This document shows positions 14,405 to 23,078 of a stretch of 24,705 nucleotides of DNA, piece by piece. Position 1 is the stretch's first letter. Every line of letters begins with the position of its first letter. The DNA lies in IMG/VR virus record IMGVR_UViG_3300044724_003024, positions 1 through 24,705 of that record, one strand, 5' to 3'. Origin of the DNA: a virus (Duplodnaviria > Caudoviricetes). The notes under the pieces were generated by a model that was not told the DNA's origin, did no database searches, and saw only the letters and a list, made by a program, of their open reading frames with translations. A program made the position numbers and the translations under genes.

Positions 14405-16528
14405 ATGGAAGAGCTCGACGAGGTATATCGCAAGTGGAACAGGCTCGCCAATATGAGCGCGTCTGATCTTCGAGCGTGGTCCGAAACCGAGTGCAGCCGC
14501 TTGGCATCGGTAGACCCGGCGGCAGTCATCGCTCGCAATCTTGAACTGCTCGAAACCAAGAAAGACGATTGGACGGAGAAGCACATCAACAACGCCAACC
14601 GCGCCATCTCCTTCATTGAGCGTATGCGTAACGGCGAGCAGGGCGAACCCGCGAAGGAGGGCTGCCCGAGCAAACGAGATATATCATTAAAGAACTGGGC
14701 GCATGATCCGCGTAAGCCGCTCAACAAATCGACAGACACAATGAACGACAACGAAATGCTCATCGCCTACGGGGGCGAGGTTAAAGCTCTGGGTGACGGT
14801 CGAATCGGCGGCTATCTGGTGAGGTTTAGCGGACCGACTGACCCCGACCTATACGGTGATTTCTTTACCAAGTCCACCGACTTCGGCATCCAAGCAACCC
14901 TCCCCGTCTTTTACCAACACGGATACGACGATACCCTGAAGAACAGGCAGATCGGCGTGGGCGAAATCAGCAGCACCGATGCAGGTCTCTGGTTCGAGGC
15001 GCAGCTGGAGAAGCGCGACGAGTACGAGAAGATGGTTAACGAGCTGGTCGAGATGGGCAAACTCGGCTACTCGTCCGGCGCGGTCGGACACCTCGTCAGC
15101 CGCAAAGACTCGGACAACGGGTCAAAAGAAATTGAGACATGGATACTCGGCGAGGCATCGCTCGTGCTAAACCCTGCCGAGCCACGCAACCACGTAATGT
15201 CTATCAAGGAATTTGTCGAGGCATCAGCCCCGGCAGCACAGGAAATTGCATCTGATGTAGTGGAGCCAGAGGCAGACACGGCAGAGGCGGGGCATGATCA
15301 CCCTGCGCCAACTGCGGCAGAAGCCAAATCGGAAGCAATCGATGAAGCGCCCGACATGGGCGAAACTCCACACACAGAACAAGAGGACGATACAATGCCT
15401 GAACAGAACAATGACGTTCTGAAAAGCATCGAGTCAATGCTCGAAGCACAGAACGCTCGCCTTGACGCTATGGAAGAAGCCAAAGCCGCTCCTGCCATCG
15501 TCGAAGTACCTGCCGAAGCCAAGTCCGCTCCGGCTATTATCACAAGCACCGGAGACTCCGAAGCCAAAGCATACGCCGCATGGGTACGCGATGGTGATGC
15601 AGGCGCTCTCCGTGGCGCTAAAGGCTACGAAGTAGATGGTCGTGAAGTTGAGATCAAAGCATCCAACGACACGGACATGAACATCGGAAGCGTTGCTGAT
15701 GGTCAAGCGGTCGTACCAACGGGACACTTTGAAGGCATCTTCGCCAAGAAGTCCGAAGCCGACCTCACGGACCTGCTCGGTCTGACCCGCATCCCCGGTG
15801 TCGGAACGACTGTCAACGTACCCTTCGACAACGAAGCCGATGGTGAGTTCGTCAGCACAGCAGAAGCCAACGCCTACGACCGTGACGCTCCGGCTCTCGG
15901 ACAGCAGGCTTTCACGCTCGTCAAGTACACGAAGAAAGTACAGTTGAGCGAAGAACTTCTCGAAGACGAAACGAGCAACCTGCTCGCCTTCATTGAGAAC
16001 TTCGTTGCTCGCGGCATGGCGAAAACCAACAACAGCCTGATCGTTGCCGAGGCTGCTGCCTCTGGCACGGAAGCAATCGCATCGACCGCCGCAGGCATCG
16101 CCGCCGGTGAGATCGAGGACATCGCTTTCAACGATACGGTCCAGTTCTACCTCGACAGCCCGAACATCGCATGGCTGACTCGTGGCTCCACCTACGGCAA
16201 CATCGCTGCTCTGACGGGCAACGAGCGCCTGTATGCAGAGCAGGGCATCCGTTCGACCTTCGGTCAGTACGCCAACCGTCCGAGCCTGCTCGGATACCCC
16301 GTCATGTTCTCGGCTAAAGTCGACGCTGACGGTACGGGTGACAACAAGCCGATCTTCTTCGGTGACTGGTCGCAGATGGGCTACTACATGGCACCGACCA
16401 TGAAAGTCCTCCGTGATCCCTACGGAGACGCTGCAACCGGACAGGTCAACCTGTTCTACTCATACCGTGTAGACTACGAGATCCTTCAGCCGGAGGCTAT
16501 CGTATACGCTCGCGTATCTAACACCTAA
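14405..16528 (+). CDS. DUF3140-like domain + HK97 prohead protease + major capsid protein in one ORF
   Basis: aa 1-105 NMSASDLRAW...SLKNWAHDP; protease motifs YQHG, GYSSG, EASLVLNPA; capsid motifs VQLSEELLED, LLGYPV, IFFGDW, VLRDPY. Confidence 0.9.
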   Translation: MEELDEVYRKWNRLANMSASDLRAWSETECSRLASVDPAAVIARNLELLETKKDDWTEKHINNANRAISFIERMRNGEQGEPAKEGCPSKRDISLKNWAHDPRKPLNKSTDTMNDNEMLIAYGGEVKALGDGRIGGYLVRFSGPTDPDLYGDFFTKSTDFGIQATLPVFYQHGYDDTLKNRQIGVGEISSTDAGLWFEAQLEKRDEYEKMVNELVEMGKLGYSSGAVGHLVSRKDSDNGSKEIETWILGEASLVLNPAEPRNHVMSIKEFVEASAPAAQEIASDVVEPEADTAEAGHDHPAPTAAEAKSEAIDEAPDMGETPHTEQEDDTMPEQNNDVLKSIESMLEAQNARLDAMEEAKAAPAIVEVPAEAKSAPAIITSTGDSEAKAYAAWVRDGDAGALRGAKGYEVDGREVEIKASNDTDMNIGSVADGQAVVPTGHFEGIFAKKSEADLTDLLGLTRIPGVGTTVNVPFDNEADGEFVSTAEANAYDRDAPALGQQAFTLVKYTKKVQLSEELLEDETSNLLAFIENFVARGMAKTNNSLIVAEAAASGTEAIASTAAGIAAGEIEDIAFNDTVQFYLDSPNIAWLTRGSTYGNIAALTGNERLYAEQGIRSTFGQYANRPSLLGYPVMFSAKVDADGTGDNKPIFFGDWSQMGYYMAPTMKVLRDPYGDAATGQVNLFYSYRVDYEILQPEAIVYARVSNT

Positions 16529-16538
16529 TAGGTGGGTG

Positions 16539-16609
16539 AGCCGGGTGGTGTAAAGGCGCACACCTTTTCCTCTCTCGGGGTGGAGCGGGTTCGATTCCCG
16601 CCCCGGCTC
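16539..16609 (+). ncRNA. tRNA-like element (pseudo-tRNA) with a non-canonical anticodon arm
   Basis: Acceptor stem AGCCGGG/CCCGGCT, D arm GTGT-AAAGGC-GCAC and perfect T arm GCGGG-TTCGATT-CCCGC. The anticodon arm has a 10-nt pyrimidine loop, and no CCA is encoded. Confidence 0.7.
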
Positions 16610-16632
16610 CTACATTTCAACAAACATCTGCC

Positions 16633-17211
16633 ATGTCGCTTACCGTTACATCTGCACCCTCTGTTGAGCCAGTAAGCACAGCAGAAGCAAAGGAATGGTT
16701 GCGTATCGATTCGTCCGATACGAGCCAAGACGCGATCCTGACGATCCTTATCAAGGCGGCTCGAGTTCGCGTTGAGGAATACCTGCGGCGCTCCCTCATC
16801 ACCCGCACCTATTCGTGGGAGATGAACGGAGACGATATGCGGGACCGGATTGAGATACCCAGACCTCCGGTGCAGTCGGTAACATCGCTGACCATCTACG
16901 ATGAGAACAGCGCAGGCGTGGAGACATCCTACACCGAAGCCGCCGAGAACTGGCAACTGGTCGAGGAATCCTATCTAAAACACCGCAACGATGGTTGGGA
17001 AGTTAACCGCATGGACCGCGCAGGTACGTTGGTATACGTTGCCGGATATGGTGACACATCTACCGATCTTCCTGCTGACATCCTGATTGCTACGCTGAAA
17101 CTGCTCGCCCTTTGGTACGAGCGCAGAGGCGATGAGAACCGCGACAACGTAGAGGAGCGGGAGTTTAGGATTCTTGGCGAGATCGCCCACCACAGGACAA
17201 TCGGATTCTGA
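16633..17211 (+). CDS. Head-tail connector protein (gp6-like)
   Basis: EPVSTAEAKEWLRID, LIKAAR..VE.YL.R.LIT, YVAGYG, LLALWYERR. Confidence 0.88.
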   Translation: MSLTVTSAPSVEPVSTAEAKEWLRIDSSDTSQDAILTILIKAARVRVEEYLRRSLITRTYSWEMNGDDMRDRIEIPRPPVQSVTSLTIYDENSAGVETSYTEAAENWQLVEESYLKHRNDGWEVNRMDRAGTLVYVAGYGDTSTDLPADILIATLKLLALWYERRGDENRDNVEEREFRILGEIAHHRTIGF

Positions 17212-17543
17212 TGATAGGAGAAATGCGTCATAGGGTAGCGGTGCAGGCTGCCACGGCAACGAACAACCTCGGTGTCATTACGGAGACATGGGAAACCATA
17301 GAGACCGTGTACGCCTCTGTGCGGACGCTGACGGGACGCGAAGCCGAGGACGCGAGTAAACCCGAGGGCATCTATACACACGAGTTCACGATGCGATACA
17401 GGGACGATCTCGGCACAGCCGATACGCAGATGCTTAATAAGTATCGACTCGTTTTTCGCAGCGAGAACCATGATGTACGCGCGGTCGAAAATGTGGACTT
17501 CCGCGACAAGTTTATGATCGTCAAGACGGAGAGGCAGGGCTAA
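17211..17543 (+). CDS. Head closure/head-tail adaptor (SPP1 gp16-like)
   Basis: IGEMRHRV.VQ...W..VYASVR..GRE...THEFTMRYR; gene order. Confidence 0.85.
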   Translation: MIGEMRHRVAVQAATATNNLGVITETWETIETVYASVRTLTGREAEDASKPEGIYTHEFTMRYRDDLGTADTQMLNKYRLVFRSENHDVRAVENVDFRDKFMIVKTERQG

Positions 17544-18010
17544 TGGCAAAAGTGGATGTTCAGGTCGTAGGTCTTGAGAAGGCTATGCGCGACATCGCCA
17601 AATATAGCGAGCAAGCGCAGGATCGCATTGTGCAGGAGATAAACACTACGAAGCAGTTGGTCCGCAACGATGCCATTAAGAACGCCCCTGTCAACAAGCA
17701 AAGCGGCAGCGGCATGGGTGCGCGTGGCGGTTCGCTTCGCCGCATGATCGTTGCCGAGCCGACCCGTAACTACGAAGCCTATGTTGTGAGCAAGGCGCAC
17801 TACTCTGAGTTTGTCGAGTTCGGTACAGGTATCTACGGTGAGAACCCAAAAGGAGGACACCGAACAACGCCGTGGGTCTACTATAACGAGGCAACCGAAT
17901 CGTTCGTTATAACCCGAGGCAACAAGGCGCAGCCATTCATGAACCCGGCGGCAGAGGCTAATCGTGCAGACCATCGTCGCAGAATGATCGCAGCACTCAA
18001 ACTTAAATGA
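17543..18010 (+). CDS. HK97 gp10 family tail-completion/neck protein
   Basis: APV...G.LRR.I, YSEFVEFGTG, AQPFMNPA. Confidence 0.88.
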   Translation: MAKVDVQVVGLEKAMRDIAKYSEQAQDRIVQEINTTKQLVRNDAIKNAPVNKQSGSGMGARGGSLRRMIVAEPTRNYEAYVVSKAHYSEFVEFGTGIYGENPKGGHRTTPWVYYNEATESFVITRGNKAQPFMNPAAEANRADHRRRMIAALKLK

Positions 18011-18411
18011 ACGATCCACGCAAAGCAGTACAGGACGAGATCTGGACCCTGCTAAACGCAGCAGGTGTCACGGCATACGTCAACCCGCCCGAGGGTCTTA
18101 CACCGCCTTACACGGTCTTTGGTGACGCAACCTTTATACCGGGACCGCTCACGACCAAGACAACCGAAGGAGCAGAGGTCACGCACACCTGCATTTCGTG
18201 GGCAACAGACCCTAACACGGCGCAGGCTAACGCATCGACAGGACTCGCCGCTCTGACCGACCGGGACGTTGTGTATACGGTGACGGGCTACGAGGTATCA
18301 GATGTATACCCAGACTTCGGCGGTCCGATTCTGCGCGATGACATGAGAGCCAATGAGGTTTACTGGGGGGTGCCGTACCGAGTGCGCTTCATCCTCACAC
18401 AGACTGCATGA
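18007..18411 (+). CDS. Tail terminator-like protein (DUF3168/gp17-like)
   Basis: Position after gp10, about 134 aa, PPYTVFGD motif. Confidence 0.7.
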   Translation: MNDPRKAVQDEIWTLLNAAGVTAYVNPPEGLTPPYTVFGDATFIPGPLTTKTTEGAEVTHTCISWATDPNTAQANASTGLAALTDRDVVYTVTGYEVSDVYPDFGGPILRDDMRANEVYWGVPYRVRFILTQTA

Positions 18412-19121
18412 CCCTCGGTATACTGACAACGCTATGGAAACGCCACGCTATCGCTCGCATTGTTCTGGATCATTATGCCCACTTGGACCTATCGCCTGCC
18501 CATTGTGTCCGCTTGGCGGTCGGTAGCGAAGGCGAGGTTAGCAGGAGCCTTGCAGAAGATGCGGGATGGGAATACCTCGAACACGACAACCTGCCGCTGT
18601 CCGACAAGTGGAACGCGGGGATGGCGGCGCTTAAGGGTATGGTAGATGCAGTCTTGATTGTAGGCTCCGATGATATAATGACCGCAAACGCTATACGACT
18701 ATCCCTGTCCCACATTGATCTGGGCGCTGATGTGGTCGGACTTAAAGACCTCTACTATTACGACACCCGTAATAGGCAGGCGTACTACGGGGAGCGCCAC
18801 AATCCCGGCGCGGGAATGATCGCTACCTCTGATGTACTTGACCGGGTAAACTGGCAGCCGTGGGATTTAGGTCTGAACAGATACCTCGACAGATCGTTTA
18901 CCAACCGTATGCAAACAAAGGCATACCCTTGCAAGTTTAAGTACATACAAAACTGCCGCGAGCAAGCCGCCGACTTGGTGGACATAAAGACCGACACAAA
19001 TATGTGGAGCGTTGAGCAACTGGCAGAGGCAACGGGTCGGATTTATTCCGTAGACTCGTCTGTTTTCGAAAACACGTTTCCCGACCTACGGGATAAATTA
19101 AACCAACAGGACAATGGCTAA
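18408..19121 (+). CDS. Glycosyltransferase-like protein (GT-A fold)
   Basis: N-terminal beta strand LGILTTLWKR, NLPLSDKWNAG, and a DXD-equivalent VLIVGSDD. Confidence 0.65.
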   Translation: MTLGILTTLWKRHAIARIVLDHYAHLDLSPAHCVRLAVGSEGEVSRSLAEDAGWEYLEHDNLPLSDKWNAGMAALKGMVDAVLIVGSDDIMTANAIRLSLSHIDLGADVVGLKDLYYYDTRNRQAYYGERHNPGAGMIATSDVLDRVNWQPWDLGLNRYLDRSFTNRMQTKAYPCKFKYIQNCREQAADLVDIKTDTNMWSVEQLAEATGRIYSVDSSVFENTFPDLRDKLNQQDNG

Positions 19122-19569
19122 AAACAAATCCGCTCGGGATTACTGGCTGTACGTTGCGACCTCCGCACCAGCAGCAGCAGACGAAGCCAATGATGCCAAC
19201 TACTCTCTCGTAGGTCTGGCAACTGAGCATTCTCTGTCGCGCTCTCGTGGCGCTATCGACGTATCAACAAAGGACAACGGGGATGACTCGGCGTTCATCG
19301 CAGGACGGCGCAACCAAACGGTTTCTATGTCTGGTATCTTTGATCACACCGAAGATGCAGGATATACGAAACTTTCGGACGCTTACGAGGCTGCAAACGG
19401 TACGGTATACTTTCTGCTTACTTCTACCAACTCCGGTGATACGGAATGGTACGGTAGTGGCGTGATTACCGACCTGTCGCTTACATTTAGCGATGAATCG
19501 CCTTCCACGTTCTCGACTACCATTCAGGCATCTGGGACGGTTACGGAGGGCACAGGAACCACCAGCTAA
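19114..19569 (+). CDS. Major tail tube protein
   Basis: LSRSRGAIDVSTKD...FIAGRRNQTVSMSG...YGSGVITDLS...TFSTTIQASG, a TP901-1-like tube pattern. Confidence 0.85.
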   Translation: MAKNKSARDYWLYVATSAPAAADEANDANYSLVGLATEHSLSRSRGAIDVSTKDNGDDSAFIAGRRNQTVSMSGIFDHTEDAGYTKLSDAYEAANGTVYFLLTSTNSGDTEWYGSGVITDLSLTFSDESPSTFSTTIQASGTVTEGTGTTS

Positions 19570-19580
19570 TCTGAACAACG

Positions 19581-19910
19581 ATGAAAGACAACCATCCTGA
19601 AGCCGTAACGATAGAAGTCGGCGAGAAAGAGTACACGCTAAAACTCGGACCCGCCGCCTTTAGGATTGCAGAGATCAAGCACAATCTGACCTTTACGTTT
19701 GAGCAGATGGCAAGTCCAAGCCTTGCAGACCTTGCACGTATTGCATACGTAGGCTGCTTGGTAGACGCTCCAACTCTCAAGGAGGACAAGTTCATGATCG
19801 CGATGGCTAACTCCGACGAGGGCGCGGTACTCGCCGCCGTTGGCAAAGCCCTTCGCCGCATGACGGATGGTCTATCTTCTATCGGTGAAACTGATGAGGG
19901 AAAGGGGTAG
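19581..19910 (+). CDS. Tail assembly chaperone (lambda gpG-like)
   Basis: Between tube and tape measure genes; ends with the slippery heptamer G-GGA-AAG at 19898-19904. Confidence 0.8.
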   Translation: MKDNHPEAVTIEVGEKEYTLKLGPAAFRIAEIKHNLTFTFEQMASPSLADLARIAYVGCLVDAPTLKEDKFMIAMANSDEGAVLAAVGKALRRMTDGLSSIGETDEGKG

Positions 19911-20278
19911 CCGGGGGTAATAAGCCCTCGGCACCCTTTCCTGATTTAGTAGCCATTGACAAGATGTGCGCCGCCTATCTCGGCATGACACCATCACAGG
20001 TCGATGAGTGTTCACTAAGGGATATTAACGTCATGCTTGCAGGCGTTAGAGAGCGCATCGAACAGGATCAAGAATTGGAGTGGCAGCGCACCTTCGTCAT
20101 AGCGCAGCAACTCGAAAACCTGATGCTGTTTAGGGCGGGCAAACGGCAGAAGCCTCTTGATGCTATGTACCGCCAACTAAAGAAACAGGAAACGCCTGTC
20201 ATGAGGATGGCTGAATATCAGCAACTCCGACAACGGGCAAAAGCAATACTGGAAGATGGCTACGGTCGCACAACTTGA
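19898..20278 (+). CDS. -1 frameshift extension of the tail chaperone (gpT-like part of gpGT)
   Basis: The -1 frame is open from GGGAAAG through the 19964..20278 ORF. Confidence 0.8.
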   Translation, partial: GKGVAGGNKPSAPFPDLVAIDKMCAAYLGMTPSQVDECSLRDINVMLAGVRERIEQDQELEWQRTFVIAQQLENLMLFRAGKRQKPLDAMYRQLKKQETPVMRMAEYQQLRQRAKAILEDGYGRTT

Positions 20279-23078
20279 CGTTCGGATTGGGGCAGACATC
20301 AAGTCGTTCCAACAGGGCATGGCGAAGTTAGAAAACCAACTGAAACAGGTTGGGTCTAATCTTCGCAACACCGGGCGACAGTTAACTACCGCGATTACAC
20401 TTCCTCTTGTTGGCATTGGCGCGGCTGCCGTAAAAGCCGCCTCGGATGCCGAGGAAATGCAGTCAAAGTTTAACACCGTATTTAAGACGGTGGGCGGCGA
20501 TGTGACAAAGCAACTTGATGCTTTCGCTCGCGCATCTGGAAGGAGCCGCTACGAGTTGCAGGGAATGGCGGGGCAACTTGGTGATATATTTAAGCCGCTT
20601 GGATATACAGAACAGCAGGCGGGTAATTTATCGGTACAGGTTGCCAAACTCGCGGTTGATCTTGGCTCCTTCAACAATATGCCGATGGACGAGGCGCTCG
20701 CTCGTCTGCGTGGTACGCTCGTTGGTTCGCACGAGAACGCTCTTGCCTTTGGCGTTGTTATCAACGAGGCATCGCTCAAGCAGGAGTTGATGCGAATGGG
20801 CGCAGATAAACTGACGGGCGCACAACTCAACCAAGCAAAGGTACAAGCACGTCTTAACCTGCTCATGGCAGGGACAACTGATGCACAGGGCGATGCGATC
20901 CGCACATCGGATTCTTTCGCCAATCAGTTTCAAAGACTGAGAAATGCCACGTATGACCTCGGGGTAACCATTGGTGAACTCCTTCTGCCTTATGCAAGCG
21001 AACTGGTGAGTCGGCTTCAGGGAATGGTCGATTTTGTCCAGAACCTAAATCCAGAGACAAAGAAACTCGGTATCATCCTCGCAGGGGTAGCGGCGGCGGC
21101 GGGACCGTTGGTGTTCACGCTTGGGGGCATGGCTTCGGGATTCTCTGCTATCATGCGAGCCGTTACGCTGACGATGGGATTGTTTAACCCATACGTGGCG
21201 GGCTTGGCAGCAGTAGCGGCGATTTTTGTAGGCTTAACTCGTGGCTCCGACTCTGTGCAGGCAGCGTTCAAAACGTTTGGAGATCAGATAACCACTTCGT
21301 TTGCACCTGCGTGGGAAACGCTTAAGACAGCAGTATCTACTGCTTATGAGCAATTCATTGGTTGGTGGGACACTAATGGCGAAACCGTAAAGACAACTCT
21401 TGCAACAACATTTGCTGGCCTCATCACCGCTATTGGCGGTGCGCTTGGTTCAATAGCAGAATTGTTTACTACTGCATGGGATGCGGCTGAGGACGTGACA
21501 GAGGCGGCACTTGGCGAAAACGGAACGCTTGCAGGTCTTATATCCTCTGGCGTTGCAAATGGCATCAACCAGTTGGCGGCATCGCTTGCGCTTATTGCAT
21601 CAACGGTTGACACAACCCTTCAGCAAGCATCAGGCACAATTAAGACCGTAACCTTTGGCGCAAAAGGTAAATGGAGTGAAGCGTGGGAAGCGTTTCAGGG
21701 AATCCCCAAGTCAAACATCGACGCGGTGCTTGCCTTCTTCGACACGATTGATACGGATATTACATCCAATATCGACCCGAATACTGGTAAGGATGCGGCA
21801 GACGCAACCATGGGAGAGGGCGAGGGCAAGAAGTCATTCGGTGATCGCCTTAGAGAACTGCTTACCGAGGCGCTCGGTGGTTTTGATGCGTTTAAAACAG
21901 GTATTGCTGATCCGCTTGTAAATGATGCGGATTCGGTAAGTAACACGTTGGGCGATACAGAGGATGATGTAACAGACTTAAAAAATAGCGTCGATGGTCT
22001 TTTCAAGATCATGCCAGACAATACCACGATCATCGCTGCTGTACAGGGTGTCCAAACACCTACGGAAGAAGCCAAGCAAGCAGCAGAGGATTTCATTGAT
22101 GCTTTTCAGGCAACCCCCGAGGATCTAAAAGGCATTGAGGACACGGCAGACGCTATCAAGGAAATAATACCGGATGTCGACGAGGTCAGCAGGTTCTACC
22201 AATTGCAACACGCCTTTGGATTGCTTGAGGAGGACTTCAAGGATGCGGCGGATCAGAGCGCAAACCTTTCTCATCATTTTGGGAACGTCGAAGATACGCT
22301 GACGCTTCTGAAAGTTGACAAGGATTCCAAGTTCTTTAAGTTCGTCGAGGGATTGCGGTATGCAGCAGAGCAGACCACAATATTTCTTGATGGTATGCAG
22401 TCTCTGATGGTCCTTCTCAAAGCGGAAACGTGGATCACGTTCTTCAATACCATTGTTGGTATAGTACAAAAACTTGGTACGCTGCTTGGAATAACAAGTG
22501 GTGCAGCGGCAGCGGGAGCAGGTGCGGCGGGGGGAGGTATCACCATTGGCGGCGGCGTCACAGGCGTACCGCCCGTGACCGTACCGGGTATAGGAGCAGG
22601 CGCAGGCGCAGCAGGTGCAGGAGGCGGCGCGGGTATGTTGGCGGGTATACCTGTTGCAACCCAACTCGCTCTGGCTTACGTGTTAGGAAATAGCATTTAC
22701 AGGCTGGCAGGTTTTGGTGGTTCTGAGACTCCGTGGGTTAGCATGGGAATAACTCGCGACGAGTGGATACAGCAGCAAATCGCATCGGGCGGTTACGCTA
22801 CAATTGCAGGAAACCTGATGGGCGGTGTGGATCTATCTTGGCTATCCGGTACAGCCGGAGGTGGCAGCATGAATGGAGCGGGCACGCCAACATGGTTGTC
22901 TGGCTTGCAAGGATACATGGGTACAGGTGGATCGGCTAACACATCCGGCGTGATGGGCAGCATGGGTATGACCACAGGGGGTCAGACCATTAACGTCAAC
23001 CTTGACGGTCAGACCATCGCCACCGCAACGATGCCGTACTGGTCACAGGAACTGGAGATTTACGGAACCAACCGCTAA
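20256..23078 (+). CDS. Tape measure protein
   Basis: 940 aa, helical and Ala-rich, with TLPLVGIGAAAVKAASD, hydrophobic segments and C-terminal INVNLDGQTIA; gene order. Confidence 0.92.
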   Translation: MATVAQLDVRIGADIKSFQQGMAKLENQLKQVGSNLRNTGRQLTTAITLPLVGIGAAAVKAASDAEEMQSKFNTVFKTVGGDVTKQLDAFARASGRSRYELQGMAGQLGDIFKPLGYTEQQAGNLSVQVAKLAVDLGSFNNMPMDEALARLRGTLVGSHENALAFGVVINEASLKQELMRMGADKLTGAQLNQAKVQARLNLLMAGTTDAQGDAIRTSDSFANQFQRLRNATYDLGVTIGELLLPYASELVSRLQGMVDFVQNLNPETKKLGIILAGVAAAAGPLVFTLGGMASGFSAIMRAVTLTMGLFNPYVAGLAAVAAIFVGLTRGSDSVQAAFKTFGDQITTSFAPAWETLKTAVSTAYEQFIGWWDTNGETVKTTLATTFAGLITAIGGALGSIAELFTTAWDAAEDVTEAALGENGTLAGLISSGVANGINQLAASLALIASTVDTTLQQASGTIKTVTFGAKGKWSEAWEAFQGIPKSNIDAVLAFFDTIDTDITSNIDPNTGKDAADATMGEGEGKKSFGDRLRELLTEALGGFDAFKTGIADPLVNDADSVSNTLGDTEDDVTDLKNSVDGLFKIMPDNTTIIAAVQGVQTPTEEAKQAAEDFIDAFQATPEDLKGIEDTADAIKEIIPDVDEVSRFYQLQHAFGLLEEDFKDAADQSANLSHHFGNVEDTLTLLKVDKDSKFFKFVEGLRYAAEQTTIFLDGMQSLMVLLKAETWITFFNTIVGIVQKLGTLLGITSGAAAAGAGAAGGGITIGGGVTGVPPVTVPGIGAGAGAAGAGGGAGMLAGIPVATQLALAYVLGNSIYRLAGFGGSETPWVSMGITRDEWIQQQIASGGYATIAGNLMGGVDLSWLSGTAGGGSMNGAGTPTWLSGLQGYMGTGGSANTSGVMGSMGMTTGGQTINVNLDGQTIATATMPYWSQELEIYGTNR

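Noticed and set aside
14388-14407. TATAAC just upstream of the capsid ORF as a late promoter
   Set aside because: No clear -35 and no second copy recognised; too weak to call.
16539-16609. Functional tRNA-Glu(CTC)
   Set aside because: Forcing a 5-7-5 anticodon arm gives two mismatches, no U33 and no purine 37, so it is kept only as a tRNA-like element.
19891-19945. CTGATGA followed by GAAA as a second hammerhead
   Set aside because: No stem II between the motifs and no stem I/III or NUH site; the structure is explained by the chaperone frameshift.
9026-22975. Many antisense ORFs opposite structural genes (e.g. 9626..10153, 16971..17549, 22125..22664)
   Set aside because: Shadow frames of real genes in moderately GC-rich DNA, with no recognisable motifs.
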